A DNA stretch of 63,994 nucleotides, counting the filler, from Stramenopiles sp. TOSAG23-6 (Eukaryota): the NCBI GenBank assembly GCA_900128565.1. It is 9 parts of 9 records of this genome, joined end to end, with 100 filler letters (N's around TTAATTAATTAA, not from the genome) between each part and the next. Parts side by side here need not be neighbours in the genome. Positions count along the whole stretch, not along the records: positions 36,205 to 43,328 come from LT636606.1; positions 43,429 to 50,542 come from LT636607.1; 7 more parts are not named here. The stretch is one strand, 5' to 3'. Positions 36,285-49,100 of the stretch are shown piece by piece. The first letter of the stretch is position 1. Each line of letters starts with the position of its first letter. Below the pieces are notes generated by a model, which did no database searches, had not been told where the DNA came from, and saw only the letters and a program-made list of their open reading frames with translations. A program made the position numbers and the translations under genes.

Positions 36285-37176
36285 AACCTACATCTTCTCC
36301 GTCATTAGGTTCAATGAAATCTATGCGTTGTTTCAAATTATCCAATGCGGTTTTAACTTCCATATCCTCAATATACTTATCAAAATCAAGGTCTTGCGTA
36401 AATTGTAAAAGATCCTCCAATTCTTCTTCCTATAAAGTTCAAAAATATTTCAAAAAAACTAAAATTTGTTAGGTACAAAATTTCCTACGAAAAAAAAAAT
36501 ATTTGTAAAAATTTTAAAAAAATCTAGGGTTAGGATTAGGGTTAGGGTATACATCAAATACATCCAACTCATCTTTTTCTTCTTGTTGCTTTCCTTCCAA
36601 ATATGCCCATGCAGGTTTTTTTCCTTTACTAGCTTTTAATTTCTTTTTCTGCGCTTTCGATAATTGAAGTTGTTGTTCTTTCTTATGCAACTCTGCACCA
36701 AGATCTGCTAAATCACCTAACGATGATTCATCATCATCAGATGCTTCCAACTGTTTCGTGTCTTCTTCTGTTTCAGGTTTGTTTGAAGAAACACCTCTTA
36801 TTTTATTGCGAGCAGCTTGTTCACGTGCCGCAAATATTTTACGGTTTTCTTCTTTTTTTTGTTCTTTTTGTACAATCTCATTTTCTATTTTTTTTTTATC
36901 GGATTGAAGCTTCTTTAACCAACGTTTATGTTTTTGTACAACTGATAACTTTTTCTTTGGTTTTTCGTGTGATATTGGTTTTTTAGCTGGGTTAAGACCA
37001 AGCTCTTTATTAGTAACTAGGTTTCCACCCGCTCTGAAGGGTGCTCTGCCTTGTGATTTACTCCCTGCTGCACCATGAGCTCTAGCAGCACCAGCGGCAG
37101 TACCAGCAAATGGGCGGTTACACAACATAACCCCTTTATAATTACCGATTGACGGTGCTCCAGTACCGGTCGACAT
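36285..37176 (-). CDS. Hypothetical coiled-coil protein, 3'-truncated; intron 36430-36552
   Basis: IGNYKGVMLCNRP N-terminus, KPAWA, and spliced EEELEDLLQFTQDLDFDKYIEDMEV. Confidence 0.75.
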
Positions 37177-37633
37177 GATAATATGATTTCTGTGTAACAA
37201 TCAAATGGATAGATATGTGTTAACGAAGTGTCTACGTATATTCTTTTCTTGGTAAATATATATTTTGTGTACAACAAAGAAAGGTACTATTGAAATTTGT
37301 GAACATTTATTTGATGTACGGTTTCATAACAGAAACGGAAGTAACTGAAAGAATTTTGAACAAACCTGTTTTTTAATTTTTTTTCCCTCACAAGTCACAA
37401 AAAAAACAAAAAAAACAAAAAAAACTAAAAAAAAAGTCAAATCTTTCAAAATATATTGTTTTATTTTCAATACCATATATATATACAACGAAAATATATT
37501 TATAGGAGATACTAGTAAATATATTTACAATAGATTATCTTCTTTCGTGTTGTCTCTACGTAAAAAAAATGTTAGGGTTAGGGTTGAAGATTTCGTTTTC
37601 AAAATCTTGTAATTTTGTTGAAAAATGGTGACG

Positions 37634-39010
37634 TCACCACATTTTTTCTATACCATGTTTTATCATAGCATCCTTTGAAACAATAGTAACATCACCACAA
37701 CTTGCCCATACTTGTGGTGTTTGTTCACAATCCCAACGCCATTTATTGTACAAAAATATTTCAAAATTTGTTTTTTTTTGTTAGGTACAAAATTTCCTAT
37801 GAAATTTTTTTTTTAAATGTTTTTTTTTTTAAATATATAGTGTTTAACTATTTTGATACAATAAACGTACAACCAATGACATATTGACCGGGTGGTAAGT
37901 TGTCAGGGATCTTTACTAAATCAACAATTGCAGGAATTTCTTTTGTCTTATCTCCAGTTAATGGATTAGGATCAATATGATATCCCCAACATATATTGTG
38001 AAAAAAATTAAAAATTCGAAATTGGTCAAAAAAAATTCGTTAGGTACAAAATTTCGTACGAAAAAAAAACAAAAAAAAAAACACTTACAAGTTTCATCAC
38101 ATCCTTCAGGAGGTGGGAATTGTGGTGGTGAGCATGATTTCCCAGAGTACGTTTTTCCTACACCAATACCACCACAACTAGGAATTGGATTTCGTGTCCA
38201 TTGACTTCCTTCTGGGACAGTTCCTTTTGAAATTCGCATGGCATCAATCACAACTTCATGGCCATTATTCCATCGTAAAAATTGACTTGTACCAGAAAAT
38301 TCAAGTGGTGTTTTTTGAAAGCATTCTTCAGTAAGTGGCTCAGAGGAAGGACACAGACGGTAGGAGTATCCACCACCATGATTAGCTGTAATACCCCAAG
38401 ACACTTCAACAACTGAACCAGCGACCCAAGTGGTATTTGACCATGTAACCCGTGGAAGCCATTTGGAACCAAAAACGCCTTGCTTATGTGCAATCGTTTC
38501 GGTGCCAATTCCACCAGCTTTATCATTATTTACAGTTGAACCACCAGATACACCACATGCATCTAATACAGGAGCTGCGCCAGGATGTCGCCAAGGGTGG
38601 TGTAACGTCCAATCTCTAGGTAGTGGAAGAGTAGAGGGTCCACGAGCACCATGCCAACCAGGTCTCAAATTTCCTGGTTTGGTATTATTAACATTGTATG
38701 TTCGTAGCTCTTTTGGAAGAGTTGCATTTGGATATTCTACTCCACATGCGCTTGTGAAATTCATAAAATTGTTGAATGTGTCGACACATTTGTCACAGCC
38801 AATCGTACATCCTTGTGAAAACCACATACACGCCAAACCTTCACAGCCAGATGCATTGATACCTATAGGGTATCCTGGTAAAGCACCCGCATTTCTAGAT
38901 GGAGGATAATTCATTGCTCCATGGCCTTGCACGGATATCAATATACCTAATAAATATGATATGATTGATAATATAACACCTGTTTTGAAATTATTAAAGT
39001 AATGCATCAT
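37634..39010 (-). CDS. Secreted LPMO-like (His-brace) protein; introns 37991-38088 and 37741-37870
   Basis: Signal peptide ending VQG, then HGAMNYPPSRN; ANHGGGYSYRLCP; spliced PGQYVIGWRWDCEQTPQVWASCGDV. Confidence 0.8.
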
Positions 39011-39221
39011 AGATTGTCTTTTGTAAACCAGTAATATTGTAGAACCAGTAACTACTAATTGTTGTTGTGTTGAGTCAAAAAAAAAAGTCCAAATGTCATA
39101 AATTGAATGATGTCCGGTTACCCGGTACACCAAAAAAAAATTGTGTAGTATTTTTTAATAATTTTAATAATCATTTCATGCATATTCTCGACACAGTACA
39201 GCATTAANAGGTTGTCTACAG

Positions 39222-40525
39222 TTAAGTATCAAATATTTCTGTAAAAATGGCNCCCAATGCTATACAGTCTGAAAGTAAATTTTGAAAAGCAATTCTTTTT
39301 TTTTTGTTTTTCTTTACAGTAGTTGTTGAATCTAGTAATTTATTTTTCTTTTCTATTTCTTTTGTATCTAAATTTGTACCTAATAAATTAAAAATTGCAC
39401 CGGCTGCGGATACTTGGCATGAAATATCTGAGACAAATAATAAAGCTGTAAGTGATGGTATAGATTTCGTATTAGCTATAATAAGATTTCGTGATATTGA
39501 TTCCCTAGAAAGATTTTGAAGTGTTCCTGCCGCCGATGCAGTTATTGTATTATATATTGAATTTGTCGATTTATTTGATTTATTTAACTGTATGGCCAAC
39601 AGATTAATCAAATGATTAATTCCTCCTGATATACATTGTGGAAAATATGAAGGGTTTAGGGTTATGAAAATATTTAGAATTGTTTTCATTGTTTTTAAAA
39701 ATAATTATATAGACATGTACTTTCATTTTCATATAAAAAATAATAATAAATTTGAAATTCATAATGAAAAACATACATCCTTATTTTTATGATACTTTCA
39801 CAGTCCGAACTAAGATTATGAATTATTCCAGTAGCTCTTGCACGTAACGCATCATGTGAATTATTTAATAAGGGTACAATTAATGGAATAACACCTTTTT
39901 GACTAGCTATCACACGACCATCTCTTTGGTAGCAGATGCTTTGTAATGCACCAGCTGCACTTGTTTGAAGACCAATGTCATTCGATTTTATAAATGTACA
40001 TAAAATTTCAAGTCCAGAATTTTGTAAAACATATTTAACATTATACTCATCATAACACATATTTAATACAGCATTTGCACCTTCTTTTGCTATTTCAGGT
40101 GACCTTGGGAAACGAATGAGGTGCAGTACACATTGAACTCCAAGTTGTCCAATATTTTCCCTATTTTGTTGTTTACGTAAAAGTATTTTATATATTTGTA
40201 ACACATATAATGAAATCTCTGTAGATTTTTGAACAGCTTTGTTACTAGCAAACGCGTTCAATGATTCAAAATCATCGTTTTTGTCATTAGATAAATTGTA
40301 GCTTTCTGAAGGGACTTTATTTCCATTGACAAATACCTGTAACAAATTAACTAACTCAGAATAGTTTAATGTGATTGCTTGAGGATGTGACTTTAAATAT
40401 TGCGTGATTGACTTCATACTATATTTTTTATTACTCTTTATTGACTGTTGACACTCCGTATCAGAAGTTGAAGTAGCCAGTTTCTTTGTGTTTTGCTTTG
40501 AATCAATATCACGTTTTGATTCCAT
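39222..40525 (-). CDS. Armadillo-repeat protein; intron 39631-39776
   Basis: Repeated AAGALQSIC, ATGIIHNLS, AAGTLQNLS and AAGAIFNL ARM helices. Confidence 0.85.
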
Positions 40526-41129
40526 TTTGTAGTTTTTGTAGTTTTTGTAGTTTTTGTAGTTTTTGTAGTGTTTTATGTTTTGTTTTTATCTCTGCAAAAT
40601 TAGAAATATTTATAACTGCAGCACATCTACAGAGTATTGGAAAGTATATATGGTATTCTATATCAAACCGTACGGTAAAGTATCAAAGCCAATTACACAT
40701 GTATACCTACAGCATGTAGCAATCTCAAATAATAGTATACATGGTATTCTTCGTATTTGTATGTTTACTCAGTTGTAGAGATAGATATTATTAATTCCTA
40801 TGAATAAGCTAGTTTTATGAATGACATTTTCTTGAAAAATGAGTGACCGTTTCATAAAAAAAATTAAAAAAAACGTACGAAAAAAAAAATCCAGATTTTT
40901 TATTATAAGAAGACCGAAGAAACCAGTCCAGTCATCAGAGAAAGTCATCGTTATTTTTTTCGAAAATATAATTAATCATCACCCAATAACACCCAATAAC
41001 AACCGAAATTTTCTTTATTGAAAGATTACAAGGTCGACTAAAATTCACCAGTAGTATTGTTATTCCCAATTGATATGTTTTATAGTTGATTTAGCCGATA
41101 CCGATAAAAGTATTACGTGAAAAAATAGT

Positions 41130-41970
41130 ATGACTTCAATAATTCCAAAGACAGGAGATGCTGAAGCGTCCACGCAAACTTTTAACGAAACTCCTGAAGA
41201 AAAATTCTCAGGCTACCATTCAGATGATAAAGAAGATTTTGAAGATTCCGAAGATTCCGATGATGATGTGTATGAATCAAAACGTGCTGCTTTAGCCAGA
41301 GGTAGTTTGGCAGATTGGGCTAAAAGTGACGACGAGGAAGCTAACGAATTATTAGAGCAAACTCCTGAAATCCTAACAGGAGAAAGGAAAGAAAAATATA
41401 GAGGTCGTTCTCTTGTTGCTGGTCTTATTGCAGCGATTGATAATACACGCAAAGAACTCCGCAAGCCAGATGAACCTCCTGAACCTTATTATTGGGAAGC
41501 TGGTTATCCAGAAGACCCTGAAAACGTTGGCGTCACACAAAAAGTTGGAGAAAATGTCCATTGGATAGGTAGTAAAGGCGTGAGTGGTATGGAATACGTA
41601 GGAGAGACTGTTGTTAATTTCTTTGGTCTTGACCGAGATAAGTACCAATGGATGCGAGACCAAGCAGTACGTGATAGACAAAGACGTCGAGATCGTATGT
41701 TTTATTTTTTTTTAATTTTGATTTGTTTTTTTTTTTCGTACGAAATTTTGTACCTAACAAATTTTACGTTTTTTTTTTNACAACATAGGTCGGTTACAAA
41801 AATCAAAGCAACGTGCTTTATTACTCCAACAACAGTTAGATGCGGAAAATGAAGAGATTGAGAGATTAGAAAAAGAACTTTTAAATAATCCTGATACGAA
41901 AAATGATTCAATCGATGAATCTGGTGCATCTTCAATTGATGTAATGAAAATTGAGGAAATAAAAAAATAA
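41130..41970 (+). CDS. Acidic hypothetical protein; intron 41695-41788 (GT-AG)
   Basis: After splicing, the ORF continues as RLQKSKQRALLLQQQL...IKK-stop. Confidence 0.7.
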
Positions 41971-42148
41971 GTTTTGTAAAAGTTTTTTTTTTTAATTTAA
42001 CCCTAACCCTAACCAAAGAATCGGAGTGATCATAGAAAAACGTAGAAAAACAACAAGATGAAGAATAAAAAATCTTTTTCAGCACAAAAAATCACAAAAA
42101 TATACAGAAAAATATTGGAAATATCGTCGGAAGGGTAATCTTAATGAA

Positions 42149-43249
42149 ATGACGTCTGTTCCTGGAATGATGCATCTTTCAGCAAAAGAGGTAGAACCCA
42201 TCAGTGTTTTGACAGAGGATGTGTCATTAATGCATTCGATAGCCTCAGATCCTCATGTTACCTCGGTATTTGGAGCAGCCATGTCTCCTACTAATTGGTA
42301 TTGTGAGACATCCAGACATAGTAGTCCTATCCCGCTTCCTCCTCCTGGTCTTAACGTAGATGTTGAAAACGCGTGTTCGAGGTTGTCGAATAAGTTTTTT
42401 GCGAGTGACTCTATAGCTGTACATTCAACTCCATCTAAACGACGAAAACTGGAATCTAGCCCGTCCAACGTTGTCAGTTTTAAAGATGACCCAACAAAAT
42501 CTGGACAGTTGGCCGCACAAGTTTTAATCGGTGCGTGGGAAAAATCAAACGAACTACAAATGCAAACTCCAGACTTAAAAAACATTCTTCAACATGTTGC
42601 CACTGGTAAAGGCTTGCGCAAGGAAGGTAACAAGCACGAAATGCAATGGGAGCGTTTCTTTTCCGCATTTAAAAAGTATAAAATTGAAAATAATAGTAGT
42701 CATGTAAAAAAAACATATGAAGCTATACTTGAAGATGGTTCATCCTTAAAATTAGGCGCATGGGTGAAGTTGCAACGAGCATTGTTTCGTAAGGGAACCT
42801 TGCGTTCAGATCGTAAAAGAAAATTAGACGCAGCGAATTTTATATGGGAAATAGAGCATCATTGTATGCCAACATACACATGGGAACAAATGTACACTTA
42901 TGCTGTTGAATTTCGAATGATCAACGGACACTGTAAGCCTCCAGTGGGCACAAAAACAAGTGAAGGTTGGGATATTCGTAAATGGATTTCAACACAGAAA
43001 AAAAATGCAAAACTTACTGATAGAAAACGAAAATTACTTGAATTTATTGGAGTGAAATTCACAAGAAAACGGAAAAAGTTGATAGAAATTCCTCCTGAAA
43101 AAGTTTCTGTCATTTGTAAAGACGGAGAAGATAGTACAATAGATAAAAGCAATATAGTGGTGAAAGTTACAACAGCAATCAGTTCATCTGTTGGTATGAA
43201 GGACACCATACCAGTGGCAAAAGCGACAGAATTTGTCCATCCTTCTTGA
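42149..43249 (+). CDS. Helicase-associated (HA) domain protein with two repeats
   Basis: WERFFSAFKKYK...LGAWVKLQR...RKRKLDAANFIW and WEQMY...NGHCKPP...WISTQK...LLEFIGV. Confidence 0.85.
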   Translation: MTSVPGMMHLSAKEVEPISVLTEDVSLMHSIASDPHVTSVFGAAMSPTNWYCETSRHSSPIPLPPPGLNVDVENACSRLSNKFFASDSIAVHSTPSKRRKLESSPSNVVSFKDDPTKSGQLAAQVLIGAWEKSNELQMQTPDLKNILQHVATGKGLRKEGNKHEMQWERFFSAFKKYKIENNSSHVKKTYEAILEDGSSLKLGAWVKLQRALFRKGTLRSDRKRKLDAANFIWEIEHHCMPTYTWEQMYTYAVEFRMINGHCKPPVGTKTSEGWDIRKWISTQKKNAKLTDRKRKLLEFIGVKFTRKRKKLIEIPPEKVSVICKDGEDSTIDKSNIVVKVTTAISSSVGMKDTIPVAKATEFVHPS

Positions 43250-43428
43250 ATAAAATGGTAAATTTGTACCTTGGACTACTACTAGTACCTCGATTTTTTT
43301 TTTTTTTTAAATTTTATTCTTTCCGCATNNNNNNNNNNNNNNNNNNNNNNNNNNNNNNNNNNNNNNNNNNNNTTAATTAATTAANNNNNNNNNNNNNNNN
43401 NNNNNNNNNNNNNNNNNNNNNNNNNNNN

Positions 43429-44746
43429 TTTTTGTATTTTTTGTATTTTTTGTATTTTTTGTATTTTTTGTATTTTTTGTATTGTTTTTGTCTATAGTTG
43501 AAGCATTTATTGAATTTTTGTCCACTAGTCCAGGCCCAGTAGCATGATCCATCATTGCCATTTGCAGTTGCTCAGGAGACATTCCTCTTGTGTCTACAGT
43601 TTTTGCCCAAGGATAGGGATTAGGCGGTGGTTTACCCTCATTTGAACCTTCTTCACCATATAAATTAATATTTTTTCGACGAAGAAAGCCCTTCTTGACA
43701 GCAGCAGACTTTTTATTTCTATTTGTAGTGTCTTCACTATTATTTAATGTACATAATTTATTTGACGTCTTATTGAGTTTACTTTTAGTATCTTCGGCTA
43801 TAGCAGGTATATTAGATTCACTAAGTTTCCCAGAAGCATCAAGCATTTGTATGAGAGGCTTCTTTTTAGTATTATTTTTACATTTTAAGTTGTTGTTTTC
43901 GATCTCGAGAGAATGCGAAAGAGAAATATTTGGTGAATGACTTTGATTTGAATTACTTTGACTTCTAGAGACGCGCACTTTCTGGAGCACATCCAAAGGA
44001 CTATCATTGTTATTATTCGGATTATTCTGTATTTTTTCTCCCTGACAAATATCACCACTTTCAGCTACATCGCTCTCTGGGGTAATTAAGTCACTACTAA
44101 TATCAAATTGTACTGGTTGAACCCCTCGAGGTCCAATACCACCCTTATAAACACTACGTATAAATTTCCAACCTGGACGAAGTATAAAATCAGTTCCATG
44201 TTCGTCAACCATCCACTTTAAAGCCAAATCAGCAACATACACCTTGAAAGTATTGTCGTGCGCAGCGGTGTCAATGACCCAAGGATTGAAAACAACATCA
44301 ACAGCTACTGCAATACGACCAGAGGAGTCTTTAGTCTTCCGCAATTCGCCAACCAGTAGAGGGATTTGTCGCGCTGCATGCCCAGGCATTTCTATTTCAA
44401 TTTCTTCACCACTTGCAGTGAGTGGTAATTGAACACCAGGGTGTTTGCACAGGTTTACAAATAGTTTTGGTGCGTTTGGATTTCCCCTTTCCAATTTGCG
44501 ACCCTTGATAACAAATCCCGGCAGAGGCTCAATATAAGACTGCCGTTTTCGAGATTTCATATTCTTTAAAGTTTCTTCACCTTCTTTTAAATGCTTTGCT
44601 ACAAATTCTTTGTACGCATCGGGATCATTTGTCGACATATCGTCTAACATACGCCATAATCCGTCTGCTTCCGCACTTTGTTTCCGGATATCCGCAATCT
44701 GCTTTTTCGTAGGCTTCAACTTCGTGCCAAGTGGTTTATCAAACAT
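43429..44746 (-). CDS. PIH1-domain protein, N-terminal part (R2TP/DNAAF-type co-chaperone)
   Basis: LWRMLDDMSTNDPDAYKEFV, IEPLPGFVIK, KLFVNLC, IPLLVGE and AVDVVFNP. Confidence 0.8.
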
Positions 44747-45162
44747 TATGGTACGATGCAATTAAATTGATATTGAGTCGTCAATAATGAAGCGACGTAA
44801 TTACCAGAATTTACACTAAACTTGTGCTTCGCGGAACTACTACGCAGTATTTAGTTCCAGAAGTTACCTGTGATTTAGATTCTTCTTAGTAGTAGTACTG
44901 AATCCTCGCGGAAAATTGGATTTTTTTCCGTTAAACCATTTGAAGCAAACAACCGCCAAACGAAGAGTCGGTTATATTTTTTGGGTCTAAAAACAGGTCA
45001 ATATCGTTTTGATTTGGGTACTAGTAGCTAGAGGAAAGTAAAATTATTCTTATATGATGATGAATTTATTATTTAAAAATTGTAAAGCGAAGACAATCGT
45101 CTAATTTGATTTTGAACCATTCTGTATTATAAACCTTTTTTTTTTTTTTTTTTTTTTTTTTT

Positions 45163-45907
45163 GGAAATTTTGAAAAAGGTTGCTTCTTCAAATATTTCGT
45201 CCACCTGCGAAAACGGAGAATCGGAAAATCCGGATACTTCAACATTTATGAATCAACTTCTTGCAGCAGCTGATGAAGATTTTGCTGCAGCTCCAATTGA
45301 AGATCCCCGTAAAGCTAATGAAGAAATGATGAAAGAGTTTTCCAGATCATTGGAAACACTCGGTGCATTTTCTGGGTTTGCTAATGAATGTATGTTTTAT
45401 TTTTTTTCAATTTCGAATTTATTTTTTTTTCGTACGTAATTTTGTACCTAACGATTTTTTTTTGAAATATTTTTCCAAAATACATACAATAGTTCTAAAG
45501 AGACTAAACCCAAAAGTAATTCTGTCGATCGTAGTATTGAATACAATGCGTCTAATGATGGTCCTAATAGTATATCAAGTAAAACTAAATCCTCAGAAGT
45601 TTTGGAAGTAGGAGATTCAAGTATAAATCAATCCTCAGAAGTTTTGGAAGTAGGAGATTCAATTATAAAGCAACCGGAGCATAGTATCTTGGATGAAGGC
45701 AACAAACTGATAGTAAAAGTAAAACTTCCAGGTGTGTTGGATATTTCCTTAGTCGATTTAGATATCAAAAGTAATAAGATAAGGTTAAAGACTCGATCGC
45801 CTATTCGATACGAATTGTCTTTACTTCTTCCTCGCTCTGTAAATCCGGATTATGGATCTGCGAAATTTAACAAAAAGAAACAACAATTAAAAGTGATTTT
45901 TCGATAA
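45163..45907 (+). CDS. C-terminal CS/HSP20-like domain, probably the inverted 3' part of the PIH1 gene; intron 45390-45485
   Basis: LIVKVKLPGV...VDLDI...YELSLLLP..VNPD..SAKFNKKKQQLKV. The segment starts abruptly after a poly-T run, with no clear start of its own. Confidence 0.7.
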
Positions 45908-46103
45908 ATGTGAATAAATTGTAAATTTTATTCATTTTTCTTTAATAGCGAATAATATCAAAATATAGGTTTTAGATATAAAAGTATAATTTAACAAATT
46001 TTGATTATTATTTGAAGATTTGTTTCGATGAAACATGATCTACTTTGTCAATACATGTTTTGTTTCGTACCAAATTCCGTACCGAACATTGTTTTCGTCA
46101 ATG

Positions 46104-49100
46104 CTATTCGCCTTTCAATCTTTTAATTTCTTTCCAAATTAGAGCCGCGCGTTTATGCATTTGGTTTGTTTTTTCATCAAGTCTGCGAATTTCCGCCTTT
46201 CCCCGGTTCACTTTATCCTTCAAATTCTCCAGAGCTTCGTTTTTCTTAAACGCTAGGTCCCCAGAAGTGCTATCTTTTCTGTGTTCCTCGTACATAATAG
46301 ATTGCTTAACTTGCGTCAACTCAGCTTTGAAAGCAGTTTTTTTAAGACTCTCGAGACTTCGTATAGGTGTAAGAGTCGCAATATTATTTTGTCGTGATAT
46401 TGGCCTGGGTTTCTTTGAAAATACTCCACCGCCGAGGTTATAAAATGTTTTCCCTCCAAGAGACATTAAATTTCGAAATGATATCGTCAAATTGATGTTG
46501 CTGTGTTTCAGAGAGGCAAATATTACAGAAGACCCAATAACACCAACGTTAGCAAGTATTATAAATCCGTCAAGGACAAACTTTTGTGCTTCGGTACGTG
46601 ATGGATGTTCTCGCAAATACCAAGCCACGACATACATACTGCATTGTACTGATAATGAAAACATAGATATACAGTTCAATGCTGGAGATATAAAAGGTTC
46701 TCTAAATCCAACGTATCCAAAGAAAAGTAGAGTAATAACAATAGCAACCATGAGCTGCTCTGACGAATTTGGAAGTACATATTGAATGAATACACACACT
46801 ATCAATTTTCGAAACATTTCCATTACTTCAAACATATAAAATCCAGCACGATACTCTCCGTGCAAAAAACGGAAGCGTGATCGAATTTCTCTATATCTCG
46901 ACCACAAACGCTCCATAGATAGTTCTTCGGCTTTCCAAACTAGTGTCTTTAGTACAAAGTACGGAGTTCCTAAAGTGTACAGAAAAACACAAAGAAAACA
47001 CTCCGGTGCAACATTTTTCATTGTTTCCATCGTACATGGAATTGTAGGATTAATACTCAATATCCATTGAACTCCGTCTGGGTGTATTTGACACTGTGTC
47101 AAATCAAATATTGATCGTGTGACAGGAATAAATGATAGCATTAAAACCCAACATGATAGATTGTATGCAATTAAATAACGACGCCGTTCTGTCTTTCTTC
47201 TCTCATTCAATCGTTTAGAACTTTCATCTGCGGCACCATCTTTGACAGAAAACGCTTCCATTAATTGGCGCTTCCGATTCCAAATCGACTCAACAAAGAA
47301 GTCTTTGATATCGATACATTGTATTAGAAAACGTATACATAGTATTATTATAAGTGGCCCAACCACAATGTAAAGTAATAAATCTGTCAGAGGCTTATCC
47401 ATTGCGTTGTTAAGACATCCTGATGCATTTAAGAATGATACGTGAAGATCAATAAAATCAAAAAATATGAGGAATCTCCATATTAAATCAGTCCAAGGAA
47501 TAGTAAATACATGAGTCATTGCATTGAGGCATTGTATGTGACTGATGATTATTTTGGTATGTCCGATGATTTCATCATAACATTCTAGTCTTGCCTCGCG
47601 CTTTGCTATTTTGAGTGTTGTCTTTAGAAGTGCCTTTTCCTCTGGAGACATGCCCACGTACTTTGGGGCAGAATAAATATATTCTAATTTAGATGCTAAA
47701 GAATCATTCTTTTGGGGTACAGTTTCTCTCTCTTCTAATTTACTGCTCTTGCTTTCTTCTGCATCTCTAATACTATCATTTTTATTAATGGTATTTATTA
47801 CACTACCGTCTTTTTCAGTATCCTTGGTTTCATCAACAGCATCATGTATGATGAAAAAATATTTCAAAAAGAAAATCGTTAGGTACAAAATTCCGTACGG
47901 AAAAAAAATCGATTTTTTTGTTTAAAAAAAAAATAAAACATACATCATCTTCTTTATGATCAGAATCGTATTCGTACTCTGACGACGACGAATACTCAGA
48001 CGTTGTATTCACTTCATCTTTTAATACTTCTCCAAATAAAACTCTACAGTTAACCGCATCTTTATGACCCAAACTTGCACACGAAAAGCACCATCGAGCA
48101 ACCTTTTCCGACTCAATTCCCATTTCTGGATGCAATCTGCGACAATCTTGACAAGTCTTTCTGTGCTTCTTCTGTTTCATCTCTGGGCTCATTTTCTTTT
48201 CATCTCCTTTCACCGGGAGACTCCTTCTTCCCCCTCGAGCTTCACGAATGCCACACGAGATGTTCACTTTCTTTAATTCTCTATATTCCTCCCAGCATCG
48301 AATTTCATCTTGTTTTGATGCTTCTTCCCAAGATTGTTTTTCCTGGATAGTGAGATGACGCCACATAGCATTGAGTTCACGAAATAGTTGCTCTTCATCT
48401 TCTATGAGCTCCGGTCGACGCTGTAATATCCCTGGAGCCATTGCTTCTCTAAAAGCTTCTTTATTAGTCATATGACGCTGGCGAATACCACGGCTATCGC
48501 GGTCTTTATATTCAGCACGCATACGCCAAAGAGAATCTTTTTTTGTCTTGATTAACATTTCTTTACTCTCTACATTACTTATAGGAGAAATATGCCCTGA
48601 AACTTTGATATTACTCTCTTCATAAGTGTCCACTGCAACATGTATTTTACTTCTTCTAAAACAACAAAAACATATCTTGGCTAACAACAATAAAATCTTT
48701 CTGCAGGTCTGATACATCCAAACTGTAAAAACATGTATTCGTTTATATGCAGATAAGAATGTACCAAAGATGATCTTATGGAGGAGAGTAAAAATAGAAA
48801 TTTGATAGCAAAATATACAGCAATAAACCTTTGTCAATAAAAACAAAGCAAAGCAGAAACCGATGAATATTCCGAATGAAAGTCCATTACTTGTCCACAA
48901 AGGACCAGGAAGATTATCGGTGCATGACATACACATCTTATGAAATCTTATAAATCCACTTTCACATATTTTACAATATATTGATCCATCTAGATAACCA
49001 ACCGCACAGCTATCACCGGCTGTACCATTTACATTTGTCAAACTTATACATGGCATCTGCTGGCGAACAGTTTGGTCACACAATCTATTTGGAATTTTAC

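Noticed and set aside
192-47943. Reading the introns as minor-spliceosome AT-AC introns
   Set aside because: No U12 donor or branch consensus is present, and informative junctions (21413, 21581, 11150, 32355) favour the GT register.
192-47943. Reading the insertions as ciliate-like DNA-eliminated IESs or as gene-killing MITEs
   Set aside because: Strict gene-sense orientation, GTAYGT and CTAAC signals and intact exons favour RNA splicing. DNA elimination is not formally excluded without reads.
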